A stretch of DNA of 64,000 bases. It comes from Blastocatellales bacterium. GTDB lineage: Bacteria > Acidobacteriota > Blastocatellia > RBC074. The position numbers and the translations under genes are program-made. The notes beneath the pieces were generated by a model. The model ran no database searches. It saw nothing but the letters and a program-made list of their open reading frames with translations, and was not told where the DNA came from. Below are positions 20,605-31,761 of this stretch, piece after piece (the first letter of the stretch is position 1; each line of letters opens with the position of its first letter). The stretch lies in NCBI GenBank assembly GCA_050187295.1, contig JBFWXQ010000009.1, positions 16,785 to 80,784 of the forward strand, given 5' to 3'.

Positions 20605-23600
20605 CTATCTTTTTCCCTGCGTTCTGACTCGCACCTCGGCTTCAGTGGCGGCGGGCCAAAATTTCAAAGTGCCGTCGCGCCCGCCCGAAATCAAATTTTT
20701 GCCATCTGGCGAGAATATTACTGACAAGACTCCATTCGTGCTTGCTTTAAGGGTGATCATCTCCTGCCCTGTGGTTAGGTCCCAAAGTTTAACGGTATCG
20801 TCATTACCTCCAGTCGCTAATCTTGAGCCATCAGGGGAAAATGCTATGCAATTAAGCCAACTATTATGTCCTTTAAAAGTCATAAGTTCTCGCCCTGTGA
20901 TTACGTCCCACAATTTCGCGACACCGTCACTACTGGTACTGGCTAATTTCTTTCCGTCAGATGAAAACGCCACGACTTGGATCCCACCCAAATGTCCTTT
21001 GAGATTGATAACTTCTTGCCAGGTAGCGGTGTCCCACAACTTGATTGTGGCATCCGTGCCTGCTGTAGCCAGCCTTGTTCCATCAGGCGAAAACGAGACA
21101 GTCCATACATAGCCGGTGTGGCTCTTGAGTGTGGTTATTTCTCGCCCCGTCGCCGCGTCCCAGATCTTCACCATTTTATTCAAGCTCCCGGTAGCTACAG
21201 TCTTGCCATCTGGTGAAAGCGCTACGGTCGAAACATTACCTTCTGGCATTGTGAAGGTCATTATCTCCTGTCTTGTAGCCACATCCCACAGTTTTGCGGT
21301 GCGATCACCGCTCCCGGTTGCCAGCCTCTTTCCATCTGACGAAAAGCCAGAAGATTGGACAACCCCTTTATGCCCAACGAAGGCACCAATCTCTCGACCT
21401 GTAGTCATATCCCATAGCTTTGCGGCGCGGTCACCTGCGGTGGCCAACCTTCTTCCATCTGGCGAGAATGCAATTGAATAAACTCTGCTCGAATGCGCCT
21501 TGAGAGAAGTTGATTTCTGTATTGTTGCTAAATCCCAAAGTTTGATGGTGCTGTCCCTTCCCGCGGTGACCAAAGTCTTTCCATCTGGTAATAAATTCAC
21601 CGTCCATACTACATCTACATGTTTCTTAATCGTGGCCAGTTCTTGACCGGCAGTTACACTCCACAAACTTACTGTGCCGTCCATACTTCCCGTAGCAAGG
21701 GTTTCACCATCAGGTGAGAATGCTAATGACGAAACCATACTTGAATGCCCATTCAAGGTTGTTATTTTCTGTCCTGCTAGAAAATGCCAAAGTTTAATGG
21801 TGCCGTCATTATTTCCAATTGCCAGTGTATTACCATCTGGTGAAAATGCCATTGGTGAGCCGATGGACAACCTCACATTTGCTTGTCCATTGAGCGTCCC
21901 CAGTTCCTGACCAGTAGTGACGTCCCACAGCTTGACTTTTTTGTCGCCGCTGCTCATGGCTAATCTCTTACTATCCGCCGAAAACGCTAAAGAGATGACT
22001 ATCCCAATATTTCCTTTTAATCGCTTTATTTCTTCACCTTTGGCCACATCCAAAAGCTTCACATCGCCTTTGTAATCACCGCTGCCGATGGCGAGTATTT
22101 TGCCATCCGGCGAAAGTCGCATTCTTGATAATGAGTTGCTGCTTACGTCTAATTGCAGGGTGGATATTTCCTTGCCAGTAGCCGAATCCCATATTTTCCT
22201 TGAACCCTCAAGATTTACAGCGATCAACGATTTGCCATCAGCCGAGAACGCGACTGATGGAAATAGGCGCGTAGGGCTCTTAAGTGTAAGAATTTCTCTG
22301 CCTGTTTCCGTATCCCAAAGTTTCACAATAGGGAATACGTCGCTGACAGCCGCTAAGGTTTTTCCATTGGGAGAAACAGCAATTGAGGTAATGGCACCTG
22401 GTTGCTGAATCGTGCGTAAGCCGTTGTGACAAAGCCGCCAGAGGTAATACCATTCGAAGCCACGCAAGTCCTTCTGGCCAGGTTTGGGAATCTGGTTTTC
22501 CAGCAATTCTTCCATTCTTGGAATCCCCGCTTCATTCCAGGCCTGCATAGCCAGGTTCATTTGCGCGGAATAAAGTTGATAGCGATTAGCTTCTTCCTGG
22601 TTTTCAGCGCGAAATCGCTGTTGGTCAGCCAGTTTACTGTTCTCTTCTGCAATCCCTTGTTGAATGATTGCCATTCGACGCTGTTCTTCAGCGTTGGCGA
22701 GAGCGTTACGCGCTTGTTCATCGCTCAGGCTGGCTTGCCTGAAATTCTGATCCGCTCGGTCAGCTTCGGCCTTGGCAATATTCCTTTGCTGGTATGCAAG
22801 GAACGCAAGAGTCGTTATTACAACCAGAATCGCCCCCGCCACTGCTGTTGCTCTCAGAAGACCTTTTCGGAATGCGGCCTGCTGGCGACGCAGTTCAGCC
22901 CCTGGCATGTGTTCCTTAACCCACTCCCTGTCAAACACTTTGTCGTAAATCCGATTTCTAACCTTGAGGCTCCCCTCTTGAACTCGTGAAATGCCGGATA
23001 GTTTTAATGCCGTCACAAACGCGCTTGACTCGTCGTCTTTGACAGGCTTCCCACGATGCACCCGATCATAAAGCGTCAACAGTCCCGCCAGTTCCACTTC
23101 GCCGCGTAAAATCCGTTCACGAACAAAAAGCAGATTTTCGTCCACTTCCTGCGCCCGCCGATTGAAGAACAACTCTTCGCATTTGAGATCAACACTTTTG
23201 CCATCAATCACGCGATCATCTTCGGCAATAGCGCGGCAAAGCCTTTGTGTCAGGTAAGGATGCCCGCCGGTCCAGTGCATGACTCGATTGAGCAACTCAC
23301 TTCCAGTTTGTCCAGATCGCCCCAAACCTTCAGCCAGTTGGCCAGCTTCCTCTTCAGTGAAGTCATGCAGTTCGATTCTCGTCCCAATATTGAATGGAGT
23401 CATTCGCGTATCGCGGATCAGGTCTGACGGCGATGCTACGCCCAGTAAACAGAACGCCAGGCGTTCAAATTCCGATTCCGCTGTTCGACGATTGTAAAAT
23501 TCCCGAATCCCGGCAAAGAATTCATCTGTCGAAAACGGCAGGCTGCGAACCGTATCAATCTCGTCAATGAAGATCACCAGACGATCCGTATAACTCGGCA

Positions 23601-24009
23601 AAACCACTTCTTCAATCGCGCTCATCCAGCGCTGCATTGGTCCCAATCTCGGATTAGCTAACCAGAATTCTTCCAGCTCATCTTCAAGCTGGAGCTGACG
23701 GCCAATTCGGCTGAGCAATCCGTCATACCATTGTTCTGCGGTCAGATTCTGGCCGATGGCTGTCAGATCCAGCATCGCGACACCGATCCCAGTTTCGCGC
23801 AATCGCGCAGCCGTCCGGATCATCAAGCTGGATTTGCCCATTTGGCGAGAGGTCAGCACATAACAGAATTGGCCCTGGCAAAGATGTTCGTAAAGTTGGT
23901 GATCGGCGCGACGAGTCACGTAACATCCGGCATCCTGTTTCAGGGTGCCTCCAGTAACATAAAATGAATTTGGCTGATGAATATCTTGTCGCTGTATCGG
24001 GGTGGCCAT
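20605..24009 (-). CDS. AAA_35 NTPase - TM - coiled coil - WD40 repeat protein, paralog 3
   Basis: GGAGGT RBS; same AAA_35 motifs; TM VAGAILVVITTLAFLAY; about 60 aa extra coiled coil; about 14 WD40 repeats. Confidence 0.92.
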   Translation of the reverse strand: MATPIQRQDIHQPNSFYVTGGTLKQDAGCYVTRRADHQLYEHLCQGQFCYVLTSRQMGKSSLMIRTAARLRETGIGVAMLDLTAIGQNLTAEQWYDGLLSRIGRQLQLEDELEEFWLANPRLGPMQRWMSAIEEVVLPSYTDRLVIFIDEIDTVRSLPFSTDEFFAGIREFYNRRTAESEFERLAFCLLGVASPSDLIRDTRMTPFNIGTRIELHDFTEEEAGQLAEGLGRSGQTGSELLNRVMHWTGGHPYLTQRLCRAIAEDDRVIDGKSVDLKCEELFFNRRAQEVDENLLFVRERILRGEVELAGLLTLYDRVHRGKPVKDDESSAFVTALKLSGISRVQEGSLKVRNRIYDKVFDREWVKEHMPGAELRRQQAAFRKGLLRATAVAGAILVVITTLAFLAYQQRNIAKAEADRADQNFRQASLSDEQARNALANAEEQRRMAIIQQGIAEENSKLADQQRFRAENQEEANRYQLYSAQMNLAMQAWNEAGIPRMEELLENQIPKPGQKDLRGFEWYYLWRLCHNGLRTIQQPGAITSIAVSPNGKTLAAVSDVFPIVKLWDTETGREILTLKSPTRLFPSVAFSADGKSLIAVNLEGSRKIWDSATGKEISTLQLDVSSNSLSRMRLSPDGKILAIGSGDYKGDVKLLDVAKGEEIKRLKGNIGIVISLAFSADSKRLAMSSGDKKVKLWDVTTGQELGTLNGQANVRLSIGSPMAFSPDGNTLAIGNNDGTIKLWHFLAGQKITTLNGHSSMVSSLAFSPDGETLATGSMDGTVSLWSVTAGQELATIKKHVDVVWTVNLLPDGKTLVTAGRDSTIKLWDLATIQKSTSLKAHSSRVYSIAFSPDGRRLATAGDRAAKLWDMTTGREIGAFVGHKGVVQSSGFSSDGKRLATGSGDRTAKLWDVATRQEIMTFTMPEGNVSTVALSPDGKTVATGSLNKMVKIWDAATGREITTLKSHTGYVWTVSFSPDGTRLATAGTDATIKLWDTATWQEVINLKGHLGGIQVVAFSSDGKKLASTSSDGVAKLWDVITGRELMTFKGHNSWLNCIAFSPDGSRLATGGNDDTVKLWDLTTGQEMITLKASTNGVLSVIFSPDGKNLISGGRDGTLKFWPAATEAEVRVRTQGKR

Positions 24010-24100
24010 GGTTTACCTCCGTTTGGCTTTCTGTCTTATTTTGAAGCATGGGCGAAGTAAATCGAAAGCGTTCAGTCAGATAAAAATCGAGCGACCTCTT

Positions 24101-24191
24101 GTGCCGCAGGTTCGCACAGCTTTGGTAATCCTTTGAATCGAACGGACTACCAAAGCTGCGTCAATCCGCAGCACTCCACAGGCTTCGCCAA
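24101..24191. repeat. REP/REPIN-like palindromic element, copy 2 (inverted relative to copy 1)
   Basis: Reverse complement TTGGCGAAGCCTGTGGAGTGCTGCGGATTGACGCAGCTTTGG closely matches 15421-15462; internal GCTTTGGTA...TACCAAAGC stem. Confidence 0.65.
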
Positions 24192-24306
24192 GCTGACTTG
24201 CACACAGCCCTCTTTTATCTGTCTTGATTCTGAATTAAGCTTTCTGAGATTCACAAATGATTAGGCGGAGATTACTGGTAAATGCATTCGCAACCGGGGC
24301 TTCGAA

Positions 24307-26523
24307 CTACAGTAAGTGCTGTTCCAAATAATTAGCGTACAAAAGACAACGCGGTCTGGCGTTACGTGGAGAATCACCGGTCATCAAACCTGCGCTGCGC
24401 AGGCGGTAAAAACTTTCCTGATCAGGACAGGGCTGCCCCAACAACACCTGTCTAACAATTTCGCTGAGCGCCGCATCCTGGGACAAAGACATCAACAGAC
24501 GGCGCAGATGATCACCAAAAGGACCTTCGTCGTGTGCCGCAACCGATTCCAATGCAGGAATATTCATTTTGTGAGTGACCATCTCGTGCAGTCCACAACG
24601 CACCAGATAAGGATGACCGCTCACCAGACGATAGTACCGCATGACCTCGGCAAGACTTCCAAGCGGCGAGCCATACCTGCGGTTGAGTTCAGCAACCTGG
24701 TCAGAGGTGAAATCACCTATTTCCAGGCGCGTGCCGACATTGAATGGTGATTGGTTCATGTCTGTAATGAATAGATGTGCTTCGGTGGCGTAGGCCATTG
24801 CCAGTGTCAATTGCTGCCAGGGACCGGTTGGATCAAGAGCACGTTCGTTATGCCAGGAACGGAATAAGCCAAATACTTCGCTGCCGAACGGGCAGGTGAA
24901 GAGCCGGTCAACTTCATCAATTCCCCAAACAACTGGAGTCGCGATCTTACGCAGGACTTCACGTCGCAAGTATCGTTCAAAATTGATGGTTGGCCCGCGA
25001 TGTGGATTCCAGGCTTCATCCGGCATCAAATCAAGATCAAGCTGGTCGGCTATGATTTCAGCCAGCGCCAGATAGAAGGATTCGACGTTGGCCATCTGTT
25101 CAAAACTGAGTTTCTGTAAATCGGTCAGAATGACCTGCGCCCCGGATTCCCGAGCCTGTTGCAACCCTCTGGCTAACAGTGAAGTTTTCCCGACTTGCCG
25201 GGCTCCTTTAATCAATACATTACTGTCATGACGTTTGATCGCCGCGCGAAACTCTTCGTCAACAGGACGAACAACATAATATTTCGAGCCCAGGGGAACT
25301 GCACCGCCTACAGGTTCCAACTGTTCATATGAATCTGGAGTCGATAAAGTCTGAGGCTCAACTTCCTGATATGAATCAAACTCGTTCGGTTTTGGCGGAG
25401 CTGTTTCCGGTTCCACCCTCGGTTTCCATATTGGCTCCCGTTTCAGACGAACCTGGAACTGTAATTCCAACTCAAGATTCTTCAGATCAATCAACAGGTC
25501 GCGAACCGTCTGGTAACGCCGATCACGATCCTTTGCCAGCGCTTTGCTGACAATGCGCTGCAATTCAGCAGGGACGTCATCAGCATACCTTGCCAATGGC
25601 TGTGGTTCTCGATCCAGAATTGCGGCGATGACTTCAGCCGCAGTTGCGCCATTAAATGGCAATCGTTCTGCAATCATTTCGTAGAGCAGAATCCCAAGAC
25701 TGAAAATATCTGCCCGACTATCCACACTAAGACCTGATATCTGCTCGGGCGACATATAACTCGGAGTTCCCATCATCTGTCCCGGATCAGTATTGAATTT
25801 CTTCTGGGTTGTGGCTTGAGTGTCCACAGGTAGACGTTCTGTCAATTTGGCCAGGCCGAAATCCAACACCTTGACGAAACCGTCCCGGCGCAACATGACG
25901 TTTTCAGGCTTGATGTCCCGATGAACAATCCCGACAGATTCGGCTTCTGCCAGGGCTGAAGAAACCTGGATTGCTATGTTGACAACTTTGGCAATATTCA
26001 ATGAATCATCTACGATCATTTGTCGTAAAGTTACCCCGTCAATATATTCCGTGGCGATGTAATGGACGCCATCCAGTTCAGCTATATCAAATAGAGTGAC
26101 GATATTCGGATGGTTGAGCCGGGAAGCTGCGCGCGCTTCCTGTTTGAATCGCCTGACACGCTCTTCATCCTGTGTGAAATAGGAGGGTAGTAACTTCAAT
26201 GCGACAAGGCGCTCCAGCCTGGTGTCTCGCGCCAGATAGACTTCCCCCATTCCCCCCATGCCAATCAATGAAAGAATTCGATATTGATTAAGTTTTTTTC
26301 CGAGCAAGGATTGAGATGGATCATCTGACATGCTTTTAGATAATAAGGACAAGGCAGAAACATCAAGGACACCTTCTTTTTCGTTCACTGCCAGCAGTGA
26401 TACCACTTCCTGCCGTAATTCCTCATCTCCAGCACAAACTTCCGCCAGAAACGCCTCCCGATCGTCAGCTTCGAGAGCGGCGAAATACAGTTCATTTATC
26501 TTTTGCCATCGTTCAGGCTTCAT
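24307..26523 (-). CDS. Hanks-type Ser/Thr kinase fused to C-terminal AAA_35 domain, no TM segment
   Basis: N-terminal [18 protein letters not shown]...[15 protein letters not shown]; [33 protein letters not shown]; then [29 protein letters not shown]. Confidence 0.93.
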   Translation of the reverse strand: MKPERWQKINELYFAALEADDREAFLAEVCAGDEELRQEVVSLLAVNEKEGVLDVSALSLLSKSMSDDPSQSLLGKKLNQYRILSLIGMGGMGEVYLARDTRLERLVALKLLPSYFTQDEERVRRFKQEARAASRLNHPNIVTLFDIAELDGVHYIATEYIDGVTLRQMIVDDSLNIAKVVNIAIQVSSALAEAESVGIVHRDIKPENVMLRRDGFVKVLDFGLAKLTERLPVDTQATTQKKFNTDPGQMMGTPSYMSPEQISGLSVDSRADIFSLGILLYEMIAERLPFNGATAAEVIAAILDREPQPLARYADDVPAELQRIVSKALAKDRDRRYQTVRDLLIDLKNLELELQFQVRLKREPIWKPRVEPETAPPKPNEFDSYQEVEPQTLSTPDSYEQLEPVGGAVPLGSKYYVVRPVDEEFRAAIKRHDSNVLIKGARQVGKTSLLARGLQQARESGAQVILTDLQKLSFEQMANVESFYLALAEIIADQLDLDLMPDEAWNPHRGPTINFERYLRREVLRKIATPVVWGIDEVDRLFTCPFGSEVFGLFRSWHNERALDPTGPWQQLTLAMAYATEAHLFITDMNQSPFNVGTRLEIGDFTSDQVAELNRRYGSPLGSLAEVMRYYRLVSGHPYLVRCGLHEMVTHKMNIPALESVAAHDEGPFGDHLRRLLMSLSQDAALSEIVRQVLLGQPCPDQESFYRLRSAGLMTGDSPRNARPRCLLYANYLEQHLL

Positions 26524-26736
26524 GTTCGCTCCTGGCTAGACTAAGGGTTGAGGCTGGATAGTGGTGAAAGCAATTGCTTACCAACCTCAATTTGCCGCAA
26601 GCAGTCTGGATTAGTCAAGCTTGACGAATTGATGGATTATTTTCGAACGGGGAAAGCCGAAATAATGCCAGCTGTCTTATGCTTACAAACTTTGCTTGTA
26701 AATCAACGAGTGGGATTCAGTCGATGAAGGAAATTT

Positions 26737-26779
26737 TCCGGGCCAGCAGTTGGGATGTAACCCCAATTGCTGGCCCGGA
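26737..26779 (-). terminator. Strong hairpin after nuclease gene
   Basis: TCCGGGCCAGCAGTTGGG-atgtaac-CCCAATTGCTGGCCCGGA. Confidence 0.65.
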
Positions 26780-26807
26780 GAGATAAATGACCAGTATGAA
26801 CAGCAGA

Positions 26808-29800
26808 CTAACAGTTCGGAGGAAAGACTGGAATGATGTAACTGGCCGCTGTTGTGTTGGTCAGCACATGCAGATTATGGCCCTGATTGAAAGCTCCAGC
26901 CGAAGCGGCTGAATTGGCGTTGAAGTTGATCATAGAACCAGTCATTCCGATGTCACTTTGAGAGAACAATCGAATCCAGCCCGAACGTCCAGCCGGAACA
27001 AACTGTTCAAATCGCGGAGCCGTTCGCGGGAAGTTGTTGGAGATCGAACTCCGCAACTGACAACCTCCGGTGAACGAAAAGCTCAGCGCATTTTCCGCAT
27101 CGTCGTACAAGAGGCCGAAAATGCTTCCCAGACTTGAAGCCCCCAGTCCTAGATTGCCTCCGATTCGATTCAAGATCAGCAAGGTGTCGTTACCGTCGGC
27201 TCTGGAGCCGATGTTTGACAGTGCCAGTGTGCGTGGAACGACATTGTAACTGACACCGTCAAAATTGATCTGTGCGGTGACGGAGTTTGTATCACAACGC
27301 GGCAACCCGCCTGCAATCGCCGAAATCGCTTCAGCCGCCAGATTCGCCTCGTGACCGGAGGTGAATTTTACGTATTCATCGCCGATCAAATAATTGAAAT
27401 TGATCGGACATCCGTTGATATCGGTCGCCACGGCCACAATGTAACCGCTGGTTCCCGGATCAAGATCGGACGTCAGGAAGCTGGCTGTCTGATTCGGCGT
27501 CAGGCACAGATAGCTGTCTGCAACCGAACAACCATCTGCCACAAAGAACAGATGCACATAGGCTATCAGTTGAGTGTTGGTATTGGTGATGGCGATGCGA
27601 GTGTTTTGCGTGTTGCCTCCGGTCGCGGACGAAGTGTAGACGTTATAAATCAACACGCTGCCCGCTTTTTGGTCGCTGACCGGAGAATTGGTTTGCGGCA
27701 AAGCGCCAGGCCCAATTGCAGGGCAATTGACCGTGCCGCAGGCTGTCACACTGGCTGGCACACTGTCGCCAACCGTCGCCGTCGAAGTTACGCAAACCTG
27801 AGCGCCGACTGGAACGCCATCGTTGACCTGCGCCAAATAATTGATCGTCACCGTCTGACCTGAGGCCAGTGTCCCTGACCAGTTGACAGTTGAAGCATTG
27901 ACCACATTGCAAGAGCCAACATTCGCCGTGCAGGTTCCAGGCAAAGCCTTCAATGAAGGCTGCAAGCTGGCAGTGAAATTCGACGATTGTGAACTGGCCG
28001 AATTGTTGGTGACAGTGGCGGTGACTGAAACGGTATTGCCCGGCCCAGTGCAAACCAGAGGATCAGCTATTTTCGCAGTCACTGGCGGCGGTGTGGACGC
28101 TATCGTCAGCGTGTAACTGACCGTTCCCATGCAATTGTTACTGTCGGTCGCTTTGACCGTGATTGGGAAAACGCCAGATTGAGTCGGTGTTCCACCAAGC
28201 ACGCCTGCCGGTGACAGTGTGATGCCGTTTGGCAATGCGCTGACCGTGCTGAAAGTCGTCAGGCCAATCCCTCCTGACTGCATAAAGGTCTGGCTGAACG
28301 CCTGGCCAACGACGCCGGAATTAATTCCCGGAGCCATCACATTGATCGTCTGGCAATTGATCTGCAATGCGACTGTCACCTCGCCAAAACAGTTGTTGGA
28401 ATCGGTCGCGCGGACAGTGATATTGACCGCGACCGGAAAATTCACCATTCCGCTCAGCACGCCAGTCATTGGATTCAAGCTCAGTCCCGAGGGCAGGTTA
28501 TTGCTGCTGACGCTCCAGCTGATGGATCCGCTGCCGCCTGATTGCATAAACTGCACCGGGCCGTATGCCGCGCCAGCCGTGCCCGCAGGAATGTTCGCCG
28601 GAGTAACTCCGATCGTCGGGCAAGGAGGCAAGGTGATATAAGTCACCGGCGCATCGTGATCCGACAATCGTTCCGGCCTGTTCGCATCATTGCGGAATGT
28701 TTCAGGAAAATCAGCATCAATTCGTCCTGTGCGGAATGAGGCGACAGACGAGAAAAGAACAGCATTGGCCAGGTGATGATCTAAAACCTGGGCATTGCCG
28801 TCGAAAACATAACTGTATTTTTCAGCAGCGGACGCCAGATCAACCAGATTGGTCAGATCTGGATTGACCAGGTCGGCACCGTCTCCGGCAACTGCGGTCT
28901 GATTATCGGGCGAAGGCGTTCCTTTGATCGTATTGATCACATCGGCCAAACCGTCATTAACCTGGAAGGCATTGAAATCTCCGACCGCTAGAATTCGCTC
29001 GGTTGGATCGTTCACTTGACGCGTCTGAATCAGATTGGCCAGAAAAACAGCCTGAGCCTGCCGTTTGGCGCGAACGCGCGCTCCGGTAGTCGGCCAGCCA
29101 TTTTGACCCGCAGCGTCGTTATTTACATCGTTGAGCGAGCGCAGGTGATTGACAATCACAGTGATCGGAAAGCCTGGACCAACAGCGCGATTGACAACCG
29201 CCATTAATCGTAATGGCGGACGGTCATTGAGCAATTCCGTTGAATTGTCGGGATTGGTGAACAGCGCCCCAGCGCCCTCCTGAACCACTGCGTTGACTGT
29301 CACACGCGGAATTGAGCCGGTGACGAAGGCAGTCTTGACCAGAAAGCCCACGTCAATTCCACCAACATCGTTCCCTTCCACCAAATAAGCCACATAGTTC
29401 GGATTCGGCTCGCTGTTGGTGACGGCGTCGCTGTTGATCTTGGTAGCCAGTGATTGCAACGTTGTCAGGTTTTCAACTTCGATGACCCCCAAAATATCCG
29501 GCGTTCTCAAAATGTTGCGAATTGCCAGCGAAGCTTTGTTCAAACGGTTGTTAAATGCTGTTGCCGTCAACACCGGCTCGCCTATGCCGGGATCATTCAC
29601 AGTGTCAAAGAATCGCTCCAGATTATACGAAGCAACGGTGAACTCATTTGCTGCCGGGGCCGGCAAAGGCACAGCACCGATGGTTCCGCTCACCATCGGC
29701 GGACTGGCCGGATCGGGCAAAATTGTGTAAGTGCGGAAAGCATAATCCAATGGACCAACCAGATTGCTGACAACCTGACCTGTTCCGACGTTGATCGCGG

Positions 29801-31277
29801 CCGCGCCGGGTTGAGCGTCGCTGTCCACGCGAATTCTTTCGGGATTGCCATCAAAACGCGGAACCGGCGGAATCGTCACTCCGCTGCCGGCTGGCACAGG
29901 ATCGTTTGCGGGAATTCCAGCTTCGCGGAACGGACGCGCAACTCCCGTAATCACTCCGTAAAAGACACCGTTGGAATTTGATGTGGCATTGACTTCACTG
30001 ACGCTGCCTTCAGTCGCATGAACCACTGTCAGCGAATTCACCTGGACTCGCATGCCTTCATACTTTTCCAGATTTTCGATGTTGCCTGAATTCAGACCGC
30101 CGGTTCCGGTATCGGCTGTCGTCAAAACAATCGGCGTCGGCAATGCATTGCCGGTCGAAAGCTGAACCACTGTCGGGCTGGAAAGCTCTGTCAGCGGCGG
30201 TTGAAACGGATCAGCGGAAGGGACGAATTCGACAACCGTCGCCGTCACTTGCACCAGAGCGCCGATCGCCGCCGCTGCCGGTGGCGCAGAACTGGTGAAA
30301 ACCAATATGCCTTCGGAAGTGTTCGGATCGGCATCAACGTTGGCGTCCGGTTCCTGAATGAAAAATCCATTGCTCCTCAAACCTGTGACAATGCCTGTTG
30401 TGGTTACGCTCTGGCCAACCAGCGGCGATGAACTGCCGGGTCCCTGAATCTGATTGATCTTGGTCAGAACAACAGGCGTTGGAGTCGGCGTTGGGGTTGG
30501 AGTCGGCGTGGCGGTCGGAGTCGGCGTCGGCGAACCACTGCATGGATTGAGTGAAGATCCAGTATTACGCGGGTTTGGCGTACCTGTGGAAAAGTCTGCG
30601 CTGTTTGAATCGGTATCCGTGCATCCGTTGGAAGCGCGGAAAGCGGCAGAGGTCGCGCTCAGACCGGGAGTTTGTGTGCCGCCTTCACCAGTGAATGATC
30701 CAGTCTGAGATCCATAAGCCACCGCATCAACAATCAGCGCAAGCTGAGATGAACTGCAGACGGTTGCTCCCCCGCAGTTGAGCGCTGATGTTGAATTAAC
30801 CAACGCAACCTTGCCCGCGCCAGCAGCCATGGAAAAGCCAGATTGCGATCCATCCGGCGTCGGCAACGGACTGCCATTTGCTCCGCCGGAGTTGCCGGCA
30901 AAAAGAAAATATTGCCCGGGCTGAAGCGTGACGTTCGGCAGTACGAAAAGATTTGGGCCTGAACTTGCGAAATTGCCGCTGCTCGAACCGTATTGCAGCG
31001 ACAGGCCGTTGAGCGATTGCGGACTTGAACTGAGATTGAACAATTCAACGTAATCATTCGACAATGTCGCGCCACTGTTGCCGCCTGCGCCATACACCTG
31101 ACTGATTACGATTGACGTGGAGGCGGTGGCCTCACCCGTCGGCATCACGCGGTAGTAAGTCGCCAACACTGACGCCGATAAAAGAAAAATTGCCAGCAAT
31201 GAAAAACTGATGCTACGCGTTAAGCGCAAGTTTAAGGTTTGGATTATCTGCTTGAAAACGGCGATAGAGTCACGCAT
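26808..31277 (-). CDS. Large secreted protein: lamin-tail domain + ExeM/NucH-like EEP endonuclease + putative Ig repeats + C-terminal domain
   Basis: Start MRDSIAV at 31277 (GAGG RBS); [13 protein letters not shown]...DYVELFN; PT linker; INQIQG...GFFIQ; [33 protein letters not shown]. Confidence 0.85.
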   Translation of the reverse strand: MRDSIAVFKQIIQTLNLRLTRSISFSLLAIFLLSASVLATYYRVMPTGEATASTSIVISQVYGAGGNSGATLSNDYVELFNLSSSPQSLNGLSLQYGSSSGNFASSGPNLFVLPNVTLQPGQYFLFAGNSGGANGSPLPTPDGSQSGFSMAAGAGKVALVNSTSALNCGGATVCSSSQLALIVDAVAYGSQTGSFTGEGGTQTPGLSATSAAFRASNGCTDTDSNSADFSTGTPNPRNTGSSLNPCSGSPTPTPTATPTPTPTPTPTPVVLTKINQIQGPGSSSPLVGQSVTTTGIVTGLRSNGFFIQEPDANVDADPNTSEGILVFTSSAPPAAAAIGALVQVTATVVEFVPSADPFQPPLTELSSPTVVQLSTGNALPTPIVLTTADTGTGGLNSGNIENLEKYEGMRVQVNSLTVVHATEGSVSEVNATSNSNGVFYGVITGVARPFREAGIPANDPVPAGSGVTIPPVPRFDGNPERIRVDSDAQPGAAAINVGTGQVVSNLVGPLDYAFRTYTILPDPASPPMVSGTIGAVPLPAPAANEFTVASYNLERFFDTVNDPGIGEPVLTATAFNNRLNKASLAIRNILRTPDILGVIEVENLTTLQSLATKINSDAVTNSEPNPNYVAYLVEGNDVGGIDVGFLVKTAFVTGSIPRVTVNAVVQEGAGALFTNPDNSTELLNDRPPLRLMAVVNRAVGPGFPITVIVNHLRSLNDVNNDAAGQNGWPTTGARVRAKRQAQAVFLANLIQTRQVNDPTERILAVGDFNAFQVNDGLADVINTIKGTPSPDNQTAVAGDGADLVNPDLTNLVDLASAAEKYSYVFDGNAQVLDHHLANAVLFSSVASFRTGRIDADFPETFRNDANRPERLSDHDAPVTYITLPPCPTIGVTPANIPAGTAGAAYGPVQFMQSGGSGSISWSVSSNNLPSGLSLNPMTGVLSGMVNFPVAVNITVRATDSNNCFGEVTVALQINCQTINVMAPGINSGVVGQAFSQTFMQSGGIGLTTFSTVSALPNGITLSPAGVLGGTPTQSGVFPITVKATDSNNCMGTVSYTLTIASTPPPVTAKIADPLVCTGPGNTVSVTATVTNNSASSQSSNFTASLQPSLKALPGTCTANVGSCNVVNASTVNWSGTLASGQTVTINYLAQVNDGVPVGAQVCVTSTATVGDSVPASVTACGTVNCPAIGPGALPQTNSPVSDQKAGSVLIYNVYTSSATGGNTQNTRIAITNTNTQLIAYVHLFFVADGCSVADSYLCLTPNQTASFLTSDLDPGTSGYIVAVATDINGCPINFNYLIGDEYVKFTSGHEANLAAEAISAIAGGLPRCDTNSVTAQINFDGVSYNVVPRTLALSNIGSRADGNDTLLILNRIGGNLGLGASSLGSIFGLLYDDAENALSFSFTGGCQLRSSISNNFPRTAPRFEQFVPAGRSGWIRLFSQSDIGMTGSMINFNANSAASAGAFNQGHNLHVLTNTTAASYIIPVFPPNC

Positions 31278-31649
31278 TGGCTTTTCCTCGTGTGTGTAAT
31301 TTGGAAGTTCGCAACCTTCCTCAGGCAAATACAGCTCGCGTAAATCAAGATGCCCGGAAAGCATATCGGCAAGCCTTGAAAGCAAATTCCGTTTCCAGAT
31401 TTTGTTGGTTACCGCACGTTGCCGGATCTATCTGATAACTAATGACGTCTTGAAGTTTCGATTTCGCGAATTTTCTAGGTTTTGTTTCAGTGAGGGAAAA
31501 TCCGCCAGCGCAGTGTACGCAAAATGCTTTCGCGCGTCCAGATGTCAGCCGGGTTTGCAAAAAGCTTTACCGGGATTTCATATGCTCCGAGGCGAACTGT
31601 GGATCATCGCTGTGATCAATTTTGATGGTCATCTCACTTGAACAATCCA

Positions 31650-31679
31650 TTGACACTCGTTCAAACCCTGTAGTAGCTT
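31650..31679 (+). promoter_or_regulatory. Sigma70-like promoter of phoH operon
   Basis: TTGACA-N18-TAGCTT. Confidence 0.45.
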
Positions 31680-31761
31680 TCGGTTCTCTTATTTATATCT
31701 ACAAATCGGTTTTTCAACCCTACAGGGAGAAACAACAACTCTGAGAAGTCTGAAAATCACA

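Noticed and set aside
8323-24009. Diversity-generating retroelement acting on the WD40 genes
   Set aside because: No reverse transcriptase and no adenine-specific template/variable repeat pair; the repeated DNA is the paralogous AAA_35 region.
30475-30535. Tandem DNA repeat (GGAGTCGGCGT-like)
   Set aside because: Encodes the Pro-Thr linker of the nuclease; not CRISPR or a separate element.
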